Origin: a bacterium
GTDB taxonomy: Bacteria; Krumholzibacteriota; Krumholzibacteriia; LZORAL124-64-63
Reading direction: 5' to 3'
DNA length: 64,000 nucleotides
Assembly (NCBI GenBank): GCA_016719645.1
Contig: JADJYS010000014.1
Location: forward strand, 69,467 to 133,466
The notes under the pieces are model-generated. The model was not told the DNA's origin and did no database searches. It saw only the letters and a program-made list of their open reading frames with translations. The position numbers and the translations under genes were made by a program. Of the stretch, positions 1 through 8,722 are shown piece by piece (the stretch's first letter is position 1; each line of letters begins with the position of its first letter).

Positions 1-123
1 GATATTGACGGCCCTGTCAAGGCAGGAATCCGCGCGGGCGGGCGCGTCGCCGCCATCGCCCGACGCGGTCGACCTGACGCGGTCCGCAGGTGCGGGAGCC
101 GTCTTCAACGAGAGGTTGTCGAG

Positions 124-1095
124 ATGAACACCAAGGTCACCACGATCGTTGCGGCAGCGGCTCTGCTCTGCCTGCTCTCCGGGGTCAGCCAAGCGCTCAC
201 GCCCTACACCCAGACCTTCGAAGGCATGCCCCTGCCGGCGGCCGGGCGACTGATCGGCGACGGCTGGCTGGTCTACGGCAACGCCTTCAACCCGTCGATG
301 GTCTGGATGTACGGTTACGGCCCCTACCCCGCTCCCAACGACGGCGCCGCGTTCTGCGCGGTCGCGACCGGCGAGGGCGGCGTCGATCAGGGCAGCAGGC
401 AGCTGTCGGTCTACGGCGACTACCAGAACCAGGCCCAGGGCGGCGGCAACTGGATCCAGGCGAACATCTTCAAGGAGCAGACGATCGTCGCCGGCGACGT
501 CGGCGACACCTGGGTCTTCGCGTTCCAGGCCAAGATGGGCAACCTCGGCGGCGGCTCGACGGCCCTGGCGTTCATCAAGACCATCGACCCCGCCAGCGGC
601 TACGCGATGACCAACTTCGTGACCGCCGACATGACCGCGATCCCCGCGACCTGGGGCGGCTACCAGGTCTCGCTCACGATCGACGCCGGTCTGGTCGGCC
701 AGCTGTTCCAGTTCGGTTTCATGAACCTCGTCACGCTGTTCGAGCCCTCGGGCATCTTCTACGACAACGTGGACTTCCACCTGGACGACTCCACCGCCGC
801 GCCCGCCGCGGCGCTGCCCGGCGTCAGGCTCGCGCAGAACCATCCGAATCCGTTCAACCCGTCCACGCGGATCGAGTTCGCACTGGACGCCGCCGGCCCG
901 GTCGAGGTCGCGGTGTACGACCTCGGCGGCCGCCGCATCGCCGTGCTGGCGGACGGCACGTTCGCCGCCGGCGCGCACAGCGCGGTCTGGGACGGGCGCG
1001 ACGGCGACGGCCGGGCCGCCCCGGCCGGGCAGTACCGCTGCGTCCTGAAGACGGCGGCCGGCGACGTGTCCCGCAGCATGACCCTGGTGAAGTAG
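124..1095 (+). CDS. Secreted protein of unknown function with C-terminal T9SS/FlgD-Ig-like sorting domain
   Basis: ATG at 124 after GAGAGG. N-terminal signal peptide (AAAALLCLLSGVSQA). C-terminus has NPFNPSTRIEF...VYDLGGRRIAVL...WDGRDGDGRAAPAGQYRC, the type-A Por-secretion CTD signature. Confidence 0.8.
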   Translation: MNTKVTTIVAAAALLCLLSGVSQALTPYTQTFEGMPLPAAGRLIGDGWLVYGNAFNPSMVWMYGYGPYPAPNDGAAFCAVATGEGGVDQGSRQLSVYGDYQNQAQGGGNWIQANIFKEQTIVAGDVGDTWVFAFQAKMGNLGGGSTALAFIKTIDPASGYAMTNFVTADMTAIPATWGGYQVSLTIDAGLVGQLFQFGFMNLVTLFEPSGIFYDNVDFHLDDSTAAPAAALPGVRLAQNHPNPFNPSTRIEFALDAAGPVEVAVYDLGGRRIAVLADGTFAAGAHSAVWDGRDGDGRAAPAGQYRCVLKTAAGDVSRSMTLVK

Positions 1096-1120
1096 GATGT
1101 GAAGTAGCCTGCGCGATCGC

Positions 1121-1150
1121 GGAGGGGGACGGACGCCGCCGTCCCCCTCC
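1121..1150 (+). terminator. GC-rich hairpin (12-bp stem GGAGGGGGACGG / CCGTCCCCCTCC, 6-nt loop) downstream of the 124..1095 CDS
   Basis: Perfect inverted repeat read directly from the sequence. No U-tract, which is common in high-GC genomes. Confidence 0.4.
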
Positions 1151-1209
1151 CACCCTCCAGCGAAACGGGGCCTCCATGTTCACGCGACACACCGTCAGGC
1201 AGGCGAAAC

Positions 1210-4200
1210 ATGGAGGGTAAGCCGGCGCCCGCACGTCCCCTGACCCCGGCAGCGCTCCCGTTCTCGGCGCCCACGGGCGGCTTCGTCACGCTCGACGGGG
1301 AGCCGTTCTACCGCATCGCGGCCTACGACAGCCTCGAGCCCTTCCTGATGACCCTGGCCAACGACGCCGACCTGTGGCTGTTCATCTCCTCGCGCGGCGG
1401 CCTGACCGCGGGCCGGATCGACCCGGACGGGGCGCTGTTCCCCTACGTGACGGTCGACGAGCTGCACGACGCCCACCACCACACCGGCCCGCGCACGCTG
1501 ATCCGCCTGGCGTCCGCCGACGGGGCGACGACCCTGTGGGAACCGTTCGCCGACCGCGCCGGCGAGGCGCAGGTCGAGAGGAACCTCTACAAGAGCGCCG
1601 CCGGCACGCGCCTCGTCTTCGAGGAGATCGATCACGCGCTCGGCCTGGCGTTCCGGCACGAGTGGGCCGGCTGCGACGAGTTCGGGTGGGTGCGCACCGC
1701 CACGCTGGAGAACCGGTCCGGCGCGACCCGGCGCCTCGACCTGCTGGACGGCTTGCTCAACGTGCTGCCTCACGGGGCGCCGCTGAGCCTGTACCAGCAG
1801 ACGCCGAACCTGGTCGACGCCTACAAGAAGTCCGAAATCGATCCCGCCACGGGCCTGGGGGTGTTCTCGCTGACCGCCGGCATCACCGATCGGGCCGAGG
1901 CTCTGGAATCGCTGAAGGCCAACGTCGTCTGGTGCTGCGGGCTCGCGGGAAGCCGCCGCCACCTGTCGCGCCGGTCGCTCGACGACTTCCGCCGCGGCCG
2001 CGCCGCCGCCGCCGACACGACGCTCAACGGCGTCCGCGGCAACTACCTGGTCGGCGCGAGCCTGAAGCTGGGTCCGGGCGCCGCGGTGCGCTGGCGCCTG
2101 GTCTGCGACACCGGCCGCGACCACGTCGCGGTCGCGGCCCTGCGGCGACTGCTGCGCGAGGAACCGGACCTGGACGCCCGCGTCGCCGCGGCGCTGGACC
2201 GGGCCGGCGAGGGTCTGCGGCGCAACGTCGCCGCCGCCGACGGCCTGCAGGCCACCGGCCGCCCCGAGGCCTGGGCCCATCACTTCGCGAACGTCCTGTT
2301 CAACAACATGCGCGGCGGCGTCTTCTGGCGGAACGAGACGGCGCCCGCCGACGATTTCGCCGCCTTCGTGCACGCCCGCGACCGCGGGGTCGCCGCGCGC
2401 CGGCGCGGGCTGCTCGACGCCCTGCCCGAGTCGCCGTCGATCCGCGAGCTGCGCGAGGCGGCCGTCGCCTCCGGCGACTCCGACCTCGTGCGGTACGCCC
2501 TGGAGTACCTGCCCCTGCACTTCGGGCGCCGCCACGGCGACCCGAGCCGGCCCTGGAACACGTTTTCGATCCGCGCGCGGGGCCACGGCGGGGCCCGCTC
2601 GCTGGGCTACGAGGGCAACTGGCGGGACATCTTCCAGAACTGGGAGGCCCTCTGCGTCTCCTATCCCGGGTTCCTGCCGAACGTCGTCGCCAAGTTCGTC
2701 AACGCCTCGACGGTCGACGGCTTCAATCCCTACCGCGTCTCCCGCGACGGCGTGGACTGGGAGACCGTCAAGCCGTCGGATCCCTGGAGCAACATCGGCT
2801 ACTGGGGCGATCACCAGGTGGTCTACCTGCTGCGCCTGCTCGAGCTCTGGCACCGCCACGAGCCCGCCGCGTTCGGCGCGGCGCTCGGCGACCGGATCTA
2901 CACCTACGTCGAGGTGCCGTACCGCATCAAGCCCTACGCCGAGATCCTGAAGAACCCGAGCGACACGATCGAGTTCGACACGGAGCTCGCGGCGCGGATC
3001 GGGGCGCGCGTCGCCGCCATCGGCACCGACGGCAAGCTGCTGCACGGCGGGGACGGCGCGGTCCGCCGCGCGAACCTGTTCGAGAAGCTGCTGGTGCCCG
3101 CGTTGTCCAAGCTGTCGAACCTGGTTCCCGACGCCGGCATCTGGATGAACACGCAGCGCCCGGAGTGGAACGACGCCAACAACGCGCTGGCCGGCGGCGG
3201 CGTCTCGGTGGTCACGCTCTGCCATCTGAGACGCTACCTGGCATTCCTCGCCGAACGCTTCGCGTCGGCCGGCGAGGCCGAGCTGCCCGTCGCGGCCGAG
3301 ATCGCCGCCTGGTTCGACGGCGTCGCGCGGGTCCTGGAGGAGGAAGCGCTCCCGGCCGGCGCGGGCGCGCTCGACCCGCGCGAGCGCAAGCGGCTGCTGG
3401 ACCGTCTCGGCGGCGCCTTCGACGACTACCGCCGGGCGGCGTACGCGGGCGGGCTGAACGGCGACGTCGGCCTCGCGCCGGCGCGCGCCGCCCGCCTGTG
3501 CCGCACCGCCCTGGCCTGGACCGAACGCAGCCTCGCGGCCAACCGCCGCGACGACGGCCTGTACCACGGCTACAACCTGCTGCACTTCTCCCCCGACGCC
3601 TCCCGGGCCGAGGTGGACCGTCTGCCGGTGATGCTCGAGGGGCAGGTCGCCGCGCTCGATTCGGGCGCGCTGGACCCGGCCGCATCGCTCGCGGTGATCG
3701 AGCAGCTGTTCGCCAGCGACCTCTACCGCCCGGACCGCCGGAGCTTCCTGCTGTACCCGGAACGCGAGCTGCCGGGATTCCTGGCGCGCAACCTCGTGCC
3801 GGACGACCTCGCCGGGGCGGTGCCCCTGCTGCGGGAGTCGCTCGCCGCCGGCGACGACGCCCTGGTCGCCCGCGACGCCGACGGCGCCCTCCGCTTCGCC
3901 GCCGGCCTGCGCAACGAACGCGACCTCGAAGCGGCGCTCGACAAGCTGGCCGAGCGCCCCGGCCTGGCCGGGACCGTCGCCCGCGACCGCGAGGCCGTGC
4001 GCGAGCTTTACGAACGCGTGTTCCGCCACCGCTCCTACACCGGGCGCTCCGGCGTGATGTACGGTTACGAGGGGCTGGGCTGCATCTACTGGCACATGGT
4101 CGCGAAGCTGCTGCTGGCGACCCAGGCGGCCGCCCTGCGCGCCGAGAGCGAGGGCTCGCCGGCCGCGATCCGCGACGGCCTGGCCGCGGCCTACTTCCGC

Positions 4201-4692
4201 ATCCGCGCCGGCCTCGGCCCCGAGAAGAGCGTCGCGGAGTTCGGCGCCTTCCCGACCGATCCCTACTCGCACACCCCGGCCCACGGCGGCGCCAAGCAGC
4301 CGGGAATGACCGGCCAGGTGAAGGAGGAGATCCTGGCCAGGTTCGGCGAGCTGGGCGTGAGCGTGTCCGACGGCGCCGTGCGCTTCCGCCCGCACCTGCT
4401 GCGGGAAGACGAATTCCTCGCGCAGCCTTCCGCCTTCCGGTACTACGATGTGGAGGGTCGCGAACGGACCATCGCCCTGTCGGCCGGCCAGCTGGCGTTC
4501 ACCTACTGCCAGGTGCCGATCGTGTACACCCGGAGCGACGGACCGGCGCGTCTGCGCGTCACGTGCGCCGACGGCTCGTCGACCCGGGACGACGGCGACA
4601 GGTTGTCCCCGGCCACGAGCACCGAGCTGTTCGCCCGCAGCGGCCGGGTCGCACTGATCGAGGTCGGAGTCAGCCTGCCGCGCCCGGCCTGA
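1210..4692 (+). CDS. Large cytoplasmic glycoside-phosphorylase-like protein (GH94-like); possibly a beta-1,3-glucan phosphorylase (GH149/GH161-like)
   Basis: 1160-aa ORF with normal composition and no signal peptide. The motif PEWNDANNAL resembles the GH94 catalytic DWND region. Neighbouring genes are GH16 and GH17 glucanases. Confidence 0.5.
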   Translation: MEGKPAPARPLTPAALPFSAPTGGFVTLDGEPFYRIAAYDSLEPFLMTLANDADLWLFISSRGGLTAGRIDPDGALFPYVTVDELHDAHHHTGPRTLIRLASADGATTLWEPFADRAGEAQVERNLYKSAAGTRLVFEEIDHALGLAFRHEWAGCDEFGWVRTATLENRSGATRRLDLLDGLLNVLPHGAPLSLYQQTPNLVDAYKKSEIDPATGLGVFSLTAGITDRAEALESLKANVVWCCGLAGSRRHLSRRSLDDFRRGRAAAADTTLNGVRGNYLVGASLKLGPGAAVRWRLVCDTGRDHVAVAALRRLLREEPDLDARVAAALDRAGEGLRRNVAAADGLQATGRPEAWAHHFANVLFNNMRGGVFWRNETAPADDFAAFVHARDRGVAARRRGLLDALPESPSIRELREAAVASGDSDLVRYALEYLPLHFGRRHGDPSRPWNTFSIRARGHGGARSLGYEGNWRDIFQNWEALCVSYPGFLPNVVAKFVNASTVDGFNPYRVSRDGVDWETVKPSDPWSNIGYWGDHQVVYLLRLLELWHRHEPAAFGAALGDRIYTYVEVPYRIKPYAEILKNPSDTIEFDTELAARIGARVAAIGTDGKLLHGGDGAVRRANLFEKLLVPALSKLSNLVPDAGIWMNTQRPEWNDANNALAGGGVSVVTLCHLRRYLAFLAERFASAGEAELPVAAEIAAWFDGVARVLEEEALPAGAGALDPRERKRLLDRLGGAFDDYRRAAYAGGLNGDVGLAPARAARLCRTALAWTERSLAANRRDDGLYHGYNLLHFSPDASRAEVDRLPVMLEGQVAALDSGALDPAASLAVIEQLFASDLYRPDRRSFLLYPERELPGFLARNLVPDDLAGAVPLLRESLAAGDDALVARDADGALRFAAGLRNERDLEAALDKLAERPGLAGTVARDREAVRELYERVFRHRSYTGRSGVMYGYEGLGCIYWHMVAKLLLATQAAALRAESEGSPAAIRDGLAAAYFRIRAGLGPEKSVAEFGAFPTDPYSHTPAHGGAKQPGMTGQVKEEILARFGELGVSVSDGAVRFRPHLLREDEFLAQPSAFRYYDVEGRERTIALSAGQLAFTYCQVPIVYTRSDGPARLRVTCADGSSTRDDGDRLSPATSTELFARSGRVALIEVGVSLPRPA

Positions 4693-4748
4693 CACCCGCG
4701 GCGTCAACCAGCGGCCCGGCGCGGCCGGACCCGCACCAGGAGCCGACC

Positions 4749-6371
4749 ATGCAGCCCAAGCCGCCGCTGCCGGCGCCCGCCCGCGCAGCGCTCCTCGCCC
4801 TCGTCATGGTGGCGGCTCTCGCCGGCGCCGCGCCCGCCCAGTGCATCCTGGCCAATCCCAGCTTCGAGGTCGCCGGCTCCGGCGGCGTCGTCTTCGGCGG
4901 CTGGAACCAGTTCGGTTCGGTCGGGCTCTCGACGATCGCCAGCCACGGCCACAAGGCCGCGCGCGTCAGGGGGCCCAACGCGGGCGGCTGGGACGTGTCC
5001 GGCTTCTGGCAGGCGCACACCTGCACCGCGGGCGAGTCGTTCGAAGTGACCGGCAACGTGCTGGTCCCGTCGCTCAGGCCCCTGACCGGAGCGTGCCTCG
5101 CCCTGGTCAACGTGGAATGGCGCGACGGCGCCGGCAACCTGATCGACTACGACGCCAACACCGTCGCCACCGCGAGCAGCGCGACCGACACGTACCTCCC
5201 CTTCGCGCTGACGGCCGGGCCGGCGCCGGCGGGCTCCGCCACGGCCCGCCTGCTGCTCGGCGTGCTGCAGAGCCCGTCCGATCCCTCGCCCGACGTCTAC
5301 TACGACCAGGTCACGTTCTATGCCACCGCCGCGCCGACGATCGACGACGTGCAGTGGAACGACTTCCCCGGAGGCAGGACCCTGGATTTCGCCGGCCGCC
5401 TCTGGCGCGTCAAGGGCCCGGGCTACTACGGCCCCGGCGGCAACCTCTTCAGCGACTCCCAGGCGAGCGTCTGGGTCGATGAGGCCGGGGCCCTGCACCT
5501 GACGGCGCAGAGGGTCGGCAGCAACTGGTACTGCACCGAGGTCGCCGTCGAAGATGCGCTCGGCTACGGCGACTACGTGGTGACGACGGCCGGCCGGCTC
5601 GACCTGCTCGATCCCCAGGTCGTGCTCGGCCTGTACCTGTGGGAGTACGGCCCCTGCTGGGACGAGGGCTACCTCTGGTGGAACGCGTTCAACGAGATCG
5701 ACATCGAGTACAGCCGCTGGGGCGACCCCTCGCAGGGGATCGGGCAGTTCGTGGCCCAGCCCTGGGACTGGAGCGGCAACCTGACCCGCTTCGACGCCGC
5801 GTTCGCCGCCGGCGAGATCGTCAGCCACGCGATGCGCTGGCTGCCCGACCGCGTCGAATTCCGCGTCTGGCGCGGCGGTCCGCAGGACGAGTCGGCCGGG
5901 ACCCTGATCCGGGCCTGGACCTACACCGGCCCGCACATCCCGCGTCCCGAGCAGCCGCGGACACACCTGAACATCTGGAAGCTCTCGGGCACGCCGGCGA
6001 CGAACCAGGAGGTCGTGATCAGCGACTTCAGGTTCGTGCCGGAAGGCGCGACCGCCGTCCCCGACGACCGCCGCCCCGGCATGCCCATGGTCGCGGCAGG
6101 CCGCCTGCTGCCCGCCGCGCCGAACCCCTTCAACCCCTCCACGGCGCTGCGCTTCGAACTCGACCGCGCCGGTCGGGTCGAACTCGAGATCTTCGACCTG
6201 GCGGGCCGGCGCGTGCGGACGCTGGCCCGCGGCGATTTCCCGGCCGGGGCCCACGCCGTCGAGTGGGACGGATGCGACGGCGAGGGATCGGCGCTGCCGT
6301 CGGGCGCCTACCTGGTCCGGCTGCGGGGCGACGACTTCATCGAAACCGGCGGCCTGTCCCTCGTCAGGTGA
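4749..6371 (+). CDS. Secreted GH16-like beta-glucanase (laminarinase-like) with N-terminal CBM-like region and C-terminal T9SS-like domain
   Basis: ATG at 4749 in the frame of track ORF 1374..6371. Signal peptide (ALLALVMVAALAGAAPA). NEIDIEY matches the GH16 ExDxxE catalytic motif. C-terminus NPFNPSTALRFELDRAGRVELEIFDLAGRRVRTL...WDGCDGEG. Confidence 0.75.
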   Translation: MQPKPPLPAPARAALLALVMVAALAGAAPAQCILANPSFEVAGSGGVVFGGWNQFGSVGLSTIASHGHKAARVRGPNAGGWDVSGFWQAHTCTAGESFEVTGNVLVPSLRPLTGACLALVNVEWRDGAGNLIDYDANTVATASSATDTYLPFALTAGPAPAGSATARLLLGVLQSPSDPSPDVYYDQVTFYATAAPTIDDVQWNDFPGGRTLDFAGRLWRVKGPGYYGPGGNLFSDSQASVWVDEAGALHLTAQRVGSNWYCTEVAVEDALGYGDYVVTTAGRLDLLDPQVVLGLYLWEYGPCWDEGYLWWNAFNEIDIEYSRWGDPSQGIGQFVAQPWDWSGNLTRFDAAFAAGEIVSHAMRWLPDRVEFRVWRGGPQDESAGTLIRAWTYTGPHIPRPEQPRTHLNIWKLSGTPATNQEVVISDFRFVPEGATAVPDDRRPGMPMVAAGRLLPAAPNPFNPSTALRFELDRAGRVELEIFDLAGRRVRTLARGDFPAGAHAVEWDGCDGEGSALPSGAYLVRLRGDDFIETGGLSLVR

Positions 6372-6396
6372 ACGCGCCCCGGCGGGTACGCAGAAA

Positions 6397-6429
6397 GAAG
6401 GGGGTCCGGCGTCGCCGGACCCCCTCTTC
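6397..6429. terminator. Bidirectional hairpin between convergent genes (GAAGGGGGTCCGGCG-t-CGCCGGACCCCCTCTTC)
   Basis: Near-perfect inverted repeat with an A-run on the 5' side and TTCATC on the 3' side. Lies between the stop codons of 4749..6371(+) and 6463..7155(-). Confidence 0.5.
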
Positions 6430-6462
6430 ATCGCGCGCAGCGGCGCGACGCGGGCGAGATGT

Positions 6463-7155
6463 CTAGTAGAGAGCCTTGATCGTGCCCCAGCTCATGGTCT
6501 CCGAGGAGACCGTGCCTTCCGGACCGACGACCAGCGTGCCGAAGGGAGCCAGGTCGGTGACCCAGACGTTGACGCCGGTGGTCTGGAAGCCCCACTGCAC
6601 GTGGCGGGCCGGATCGTTGATGGCGACCTGCGACAGGCTGAACGGCCCGGGCGAGGACAGGACCACCGTGGTCTGCACGAACGACGAGAAGTCGGGGGCG
6701 AAGTCCTTGATGAAGGCCAGGACCGTGTGGGCGCTGGTCAGGGTGTTGGACAGGACCTCGCCGGAGAACGTCACGGTCTGGCCCGCGAGGGCGCCATCGA
6801 CCTGGGCGTAGAGGTTGGCTTCCATGATCTTGTTGCCCGGCGCGCCCGGACCGCCGCAGTTCGGCGGCGAGACCCCGCCGACGCACTGGTACCAGTACTC
6901 GTTCGGATCGCCGATCGTGTTCGGCCCCAGGGTCAGGATGGAGCCGCTGTAGACGGCCGTCAGATCGCCGATTCCCCAGCCGCTGCCCCACAGGAAGTTG
7001 CCGCCCAGATCGAACACGTTCATGTACCCGAAGGTGATCGCCGCCGGATCGACCGTGACGTCGGTCTGCGCCTGGGCGACGGCCGCGCCGAACGACACGA
7101 GCGCGAGCACGATCAACAGTGCGCGAAGAGCAACGTTACCATTTGTCCTCATCAT
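6463..7155 (-). CDS. Secreted protein of unknown function ending in the WGxIKALY tail
   Basis: Signal peptide (ALRALLIVLALVSFGAAVAQAQ). Extreme C-terminus is ETMSWGTIKALY*. Confidence 0.75.
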   Translation of the reverse strand: MMRTNGNVALRALLIVLALVSFGAAVAQAQTDVTVDPAAITFGYMNVFDLGGNFLWGSGWGIGDLTAVYSGSILTLGPNTIGDPNEYWYQCVGGVSPPNCGGPGAPGNKIMEANLYAQVDGALAGQTVTFSGEVLSNTLTSAHTVLAFIKDFAPDFSSFVQTTVVLSSPGPFSLSQVAINDPARHVQWGFQTTGVNVWVTDLAPFGTLVVGPEGTVSSETMSWGTIKALY

Positions 7156-7643
7156 GACGACTCCTTGATTTGAAGTGCGCGGTCCCTGGGGTTTTCGCGG
7201 AATACCCGGATACCTGGACGCCGCCCCGTGCGGTCGTCGACGATCTTGCCATCACAGGATCGAGGCATCTCCACTGGGAAGATCATAAACTATGTTCGGT
7301 GACCGAATCAAGTAGATTTTCAGGATATTAAAAAAGTGATGAATTGTTAAATTTTAGCAGGCATCATAAATAATGAGATGAATCGTGAAAGATTTTCCCG
7401 GGCTCCCAATCCACGAACTTGTTGGCCGGCATGTCGGTTTCTGGTACTTTGTTCGGGTCTCGTACAAAGCTTCCGCGATGTCTTCGGTCCCAGCCTGCAG
7501 AGGTCGGCCCGGGGGGTGAATCCGGCGATGATGGACCTGCTCGGCGCTTTGCCGACACCGGACCACAACGAAAGCTGGCGCCCGATGGACGCTCATCCCC
7601 TCGTCGGCCCCGTCGCGGTCGCGCTCCCCGCGGAGGTGTTATC

Positions 7644-8678
7644 ATGTGGTTCCAGGTGATCCCCGCGGCCACCGCGGCGCTCGTCCTCGCCGGACCGGCG
7701 GCCGGCGGCATGGCGGCGCCGCTCGACACCACCCAGCAACGGGAGGCTGCCGTGGACGTACGTCCTTTCCAGCTCAGCGACGAGGGCGCCTGGATCGGCG
7801 AGGCGATCTGTTACGGACCGCACCGCGACGGCCAGCGACCGGGCGGGCCCGGTCCCGCGGCCGACCAGATCCTCGAAGACCTGCGTCTGATGCGGCCGCG
7901 GTGGCGCCTGCTGCGGACCTACGGCGCGGCGGAGACCGCCGAGACGATCCTCGCGACGATCCGCGCCGATTCCCTGGGCATGAAGGTCTTGCTGGGCGCG
8001 TGGATCGAGCCCGAACGGGGAGACGGCGACCAGGGCGCTCCGGACACCGAGAAGACCGACGCCAACGAGCGGGAATGCGCGGCCGCGATCCGGCTGGCCA
8101 ACGCCTACCCCGACGTGGTCATCGCCGTGTGCGTGGGCAACGAGACCCAGGTGTCGTGGTCGGGGAACCGCTGCTCCCCGGCGACGCTGATCGCCAGGAT
8201 CCGCCAGGTGCGCGCGGCCGTGACGGTCCCGGTCAGCACCGCCGACGATTTCGCCTACTGGCGCGAGCCCGCCAGCCGCGAGGTGGCCCGCGAGCTCGAC
8301 TTCATCACCCTGCACGCGCATCCGCTGTGGAACGGCCGCTCCCTGGACGAGGGCCTGCCGTGGCTCGACGCCCGCCTGGCCGAGGTGCGCGACGCGCACC
8401 CGGGCGCGACGCTGGCGCTGGGCGAGGTCGGCTGGGCGACCGACCGCGGGACCGAGGGGAATCAGGGGCGGCTGATCGCGGGCCGCACCGACGAGGCGAG
8501 CCAGACCGAATTCTACCGGCGCTACCGCGCCTGGGTCGCGGACGCGCGCCTGGCTTCGTTCTGGTTCGAGGCCTTCGACGAGAACTGGAAGGGCAGCGAC
8601 GACCCGCACGAGGTCGAGAAGCACTGGGGGCTGTTCCGCGCCGACCGCTCCCCCAAGCCGGCGCTGGCCGTCGAGTGA
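7644..8678 (+). CDS. Glycoside hydrolase family 17 protein (glucan endo-1,3-beta-glucosidase-like)
   Basis: GGAGG 7 nt upstream of ATG 7644. Signal-like N-terminus. Motifs VCVGNETQ (acid/base), GEVGWATD (nucleophile), and FEAFDENWKG...HWGLF at the C-terminus. Confidence 0.85.
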   Translation: MWFQVIPAATAALVLAGPAAGGMAAPLDTTQQREAAVDVRPFQLSDEGAWIGEAICYGPHRDGQRPGGPGPAADQILEDLRLMRPRWRLLRTYGAAETAETILATIRADSLGMKVLLGAWIEPERGDGDQGAPDTEKTDANERECAAAIRLANAYPDVVIAVCVGNETQVSWSGNRCSPATLIARIRQVRAAVTVPVSTADDFAYWREPASREVARELDFITLHAHPLWNGRSLDEGLPWLDARLAEVRDAHPGATLALGEVGWATDRGTEGNQGRLIAGRTDEASQTEFYRRYRAWVADARLASFWFEAFDENWKGSDDPHEVEKHWGLFRADRSPKPALAVE

Positions 8679-8722
8679 CGGCCGTCGGCTGACGACCGGC
8701 GGCGAGACGCCGCGCCCGCGAG

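Noticed and set aside
90-1220. 376-aa ORF overlapping gene 124..1095 in another frame (Arg/Gly/Asp-rich)
   Set aside because: Composition is typical of off-frame translation of 70% GC DNA. The co-located 124..1095 frame has a signal peptide and a recognisable sorting domain.
1374-4748. Upstream 1100 codons of the 1665-aa ORF 1374..6371 (Arg/Pro/Gly-rich) and the antisense 1170-aa ORF 1195..4707
   Set aside because: Low-complexity RPGA-rich artefacts overlapping the well-formed 1210..4692 CDS. Only the last 540 codons (from ATG 4749) look like a real protein.
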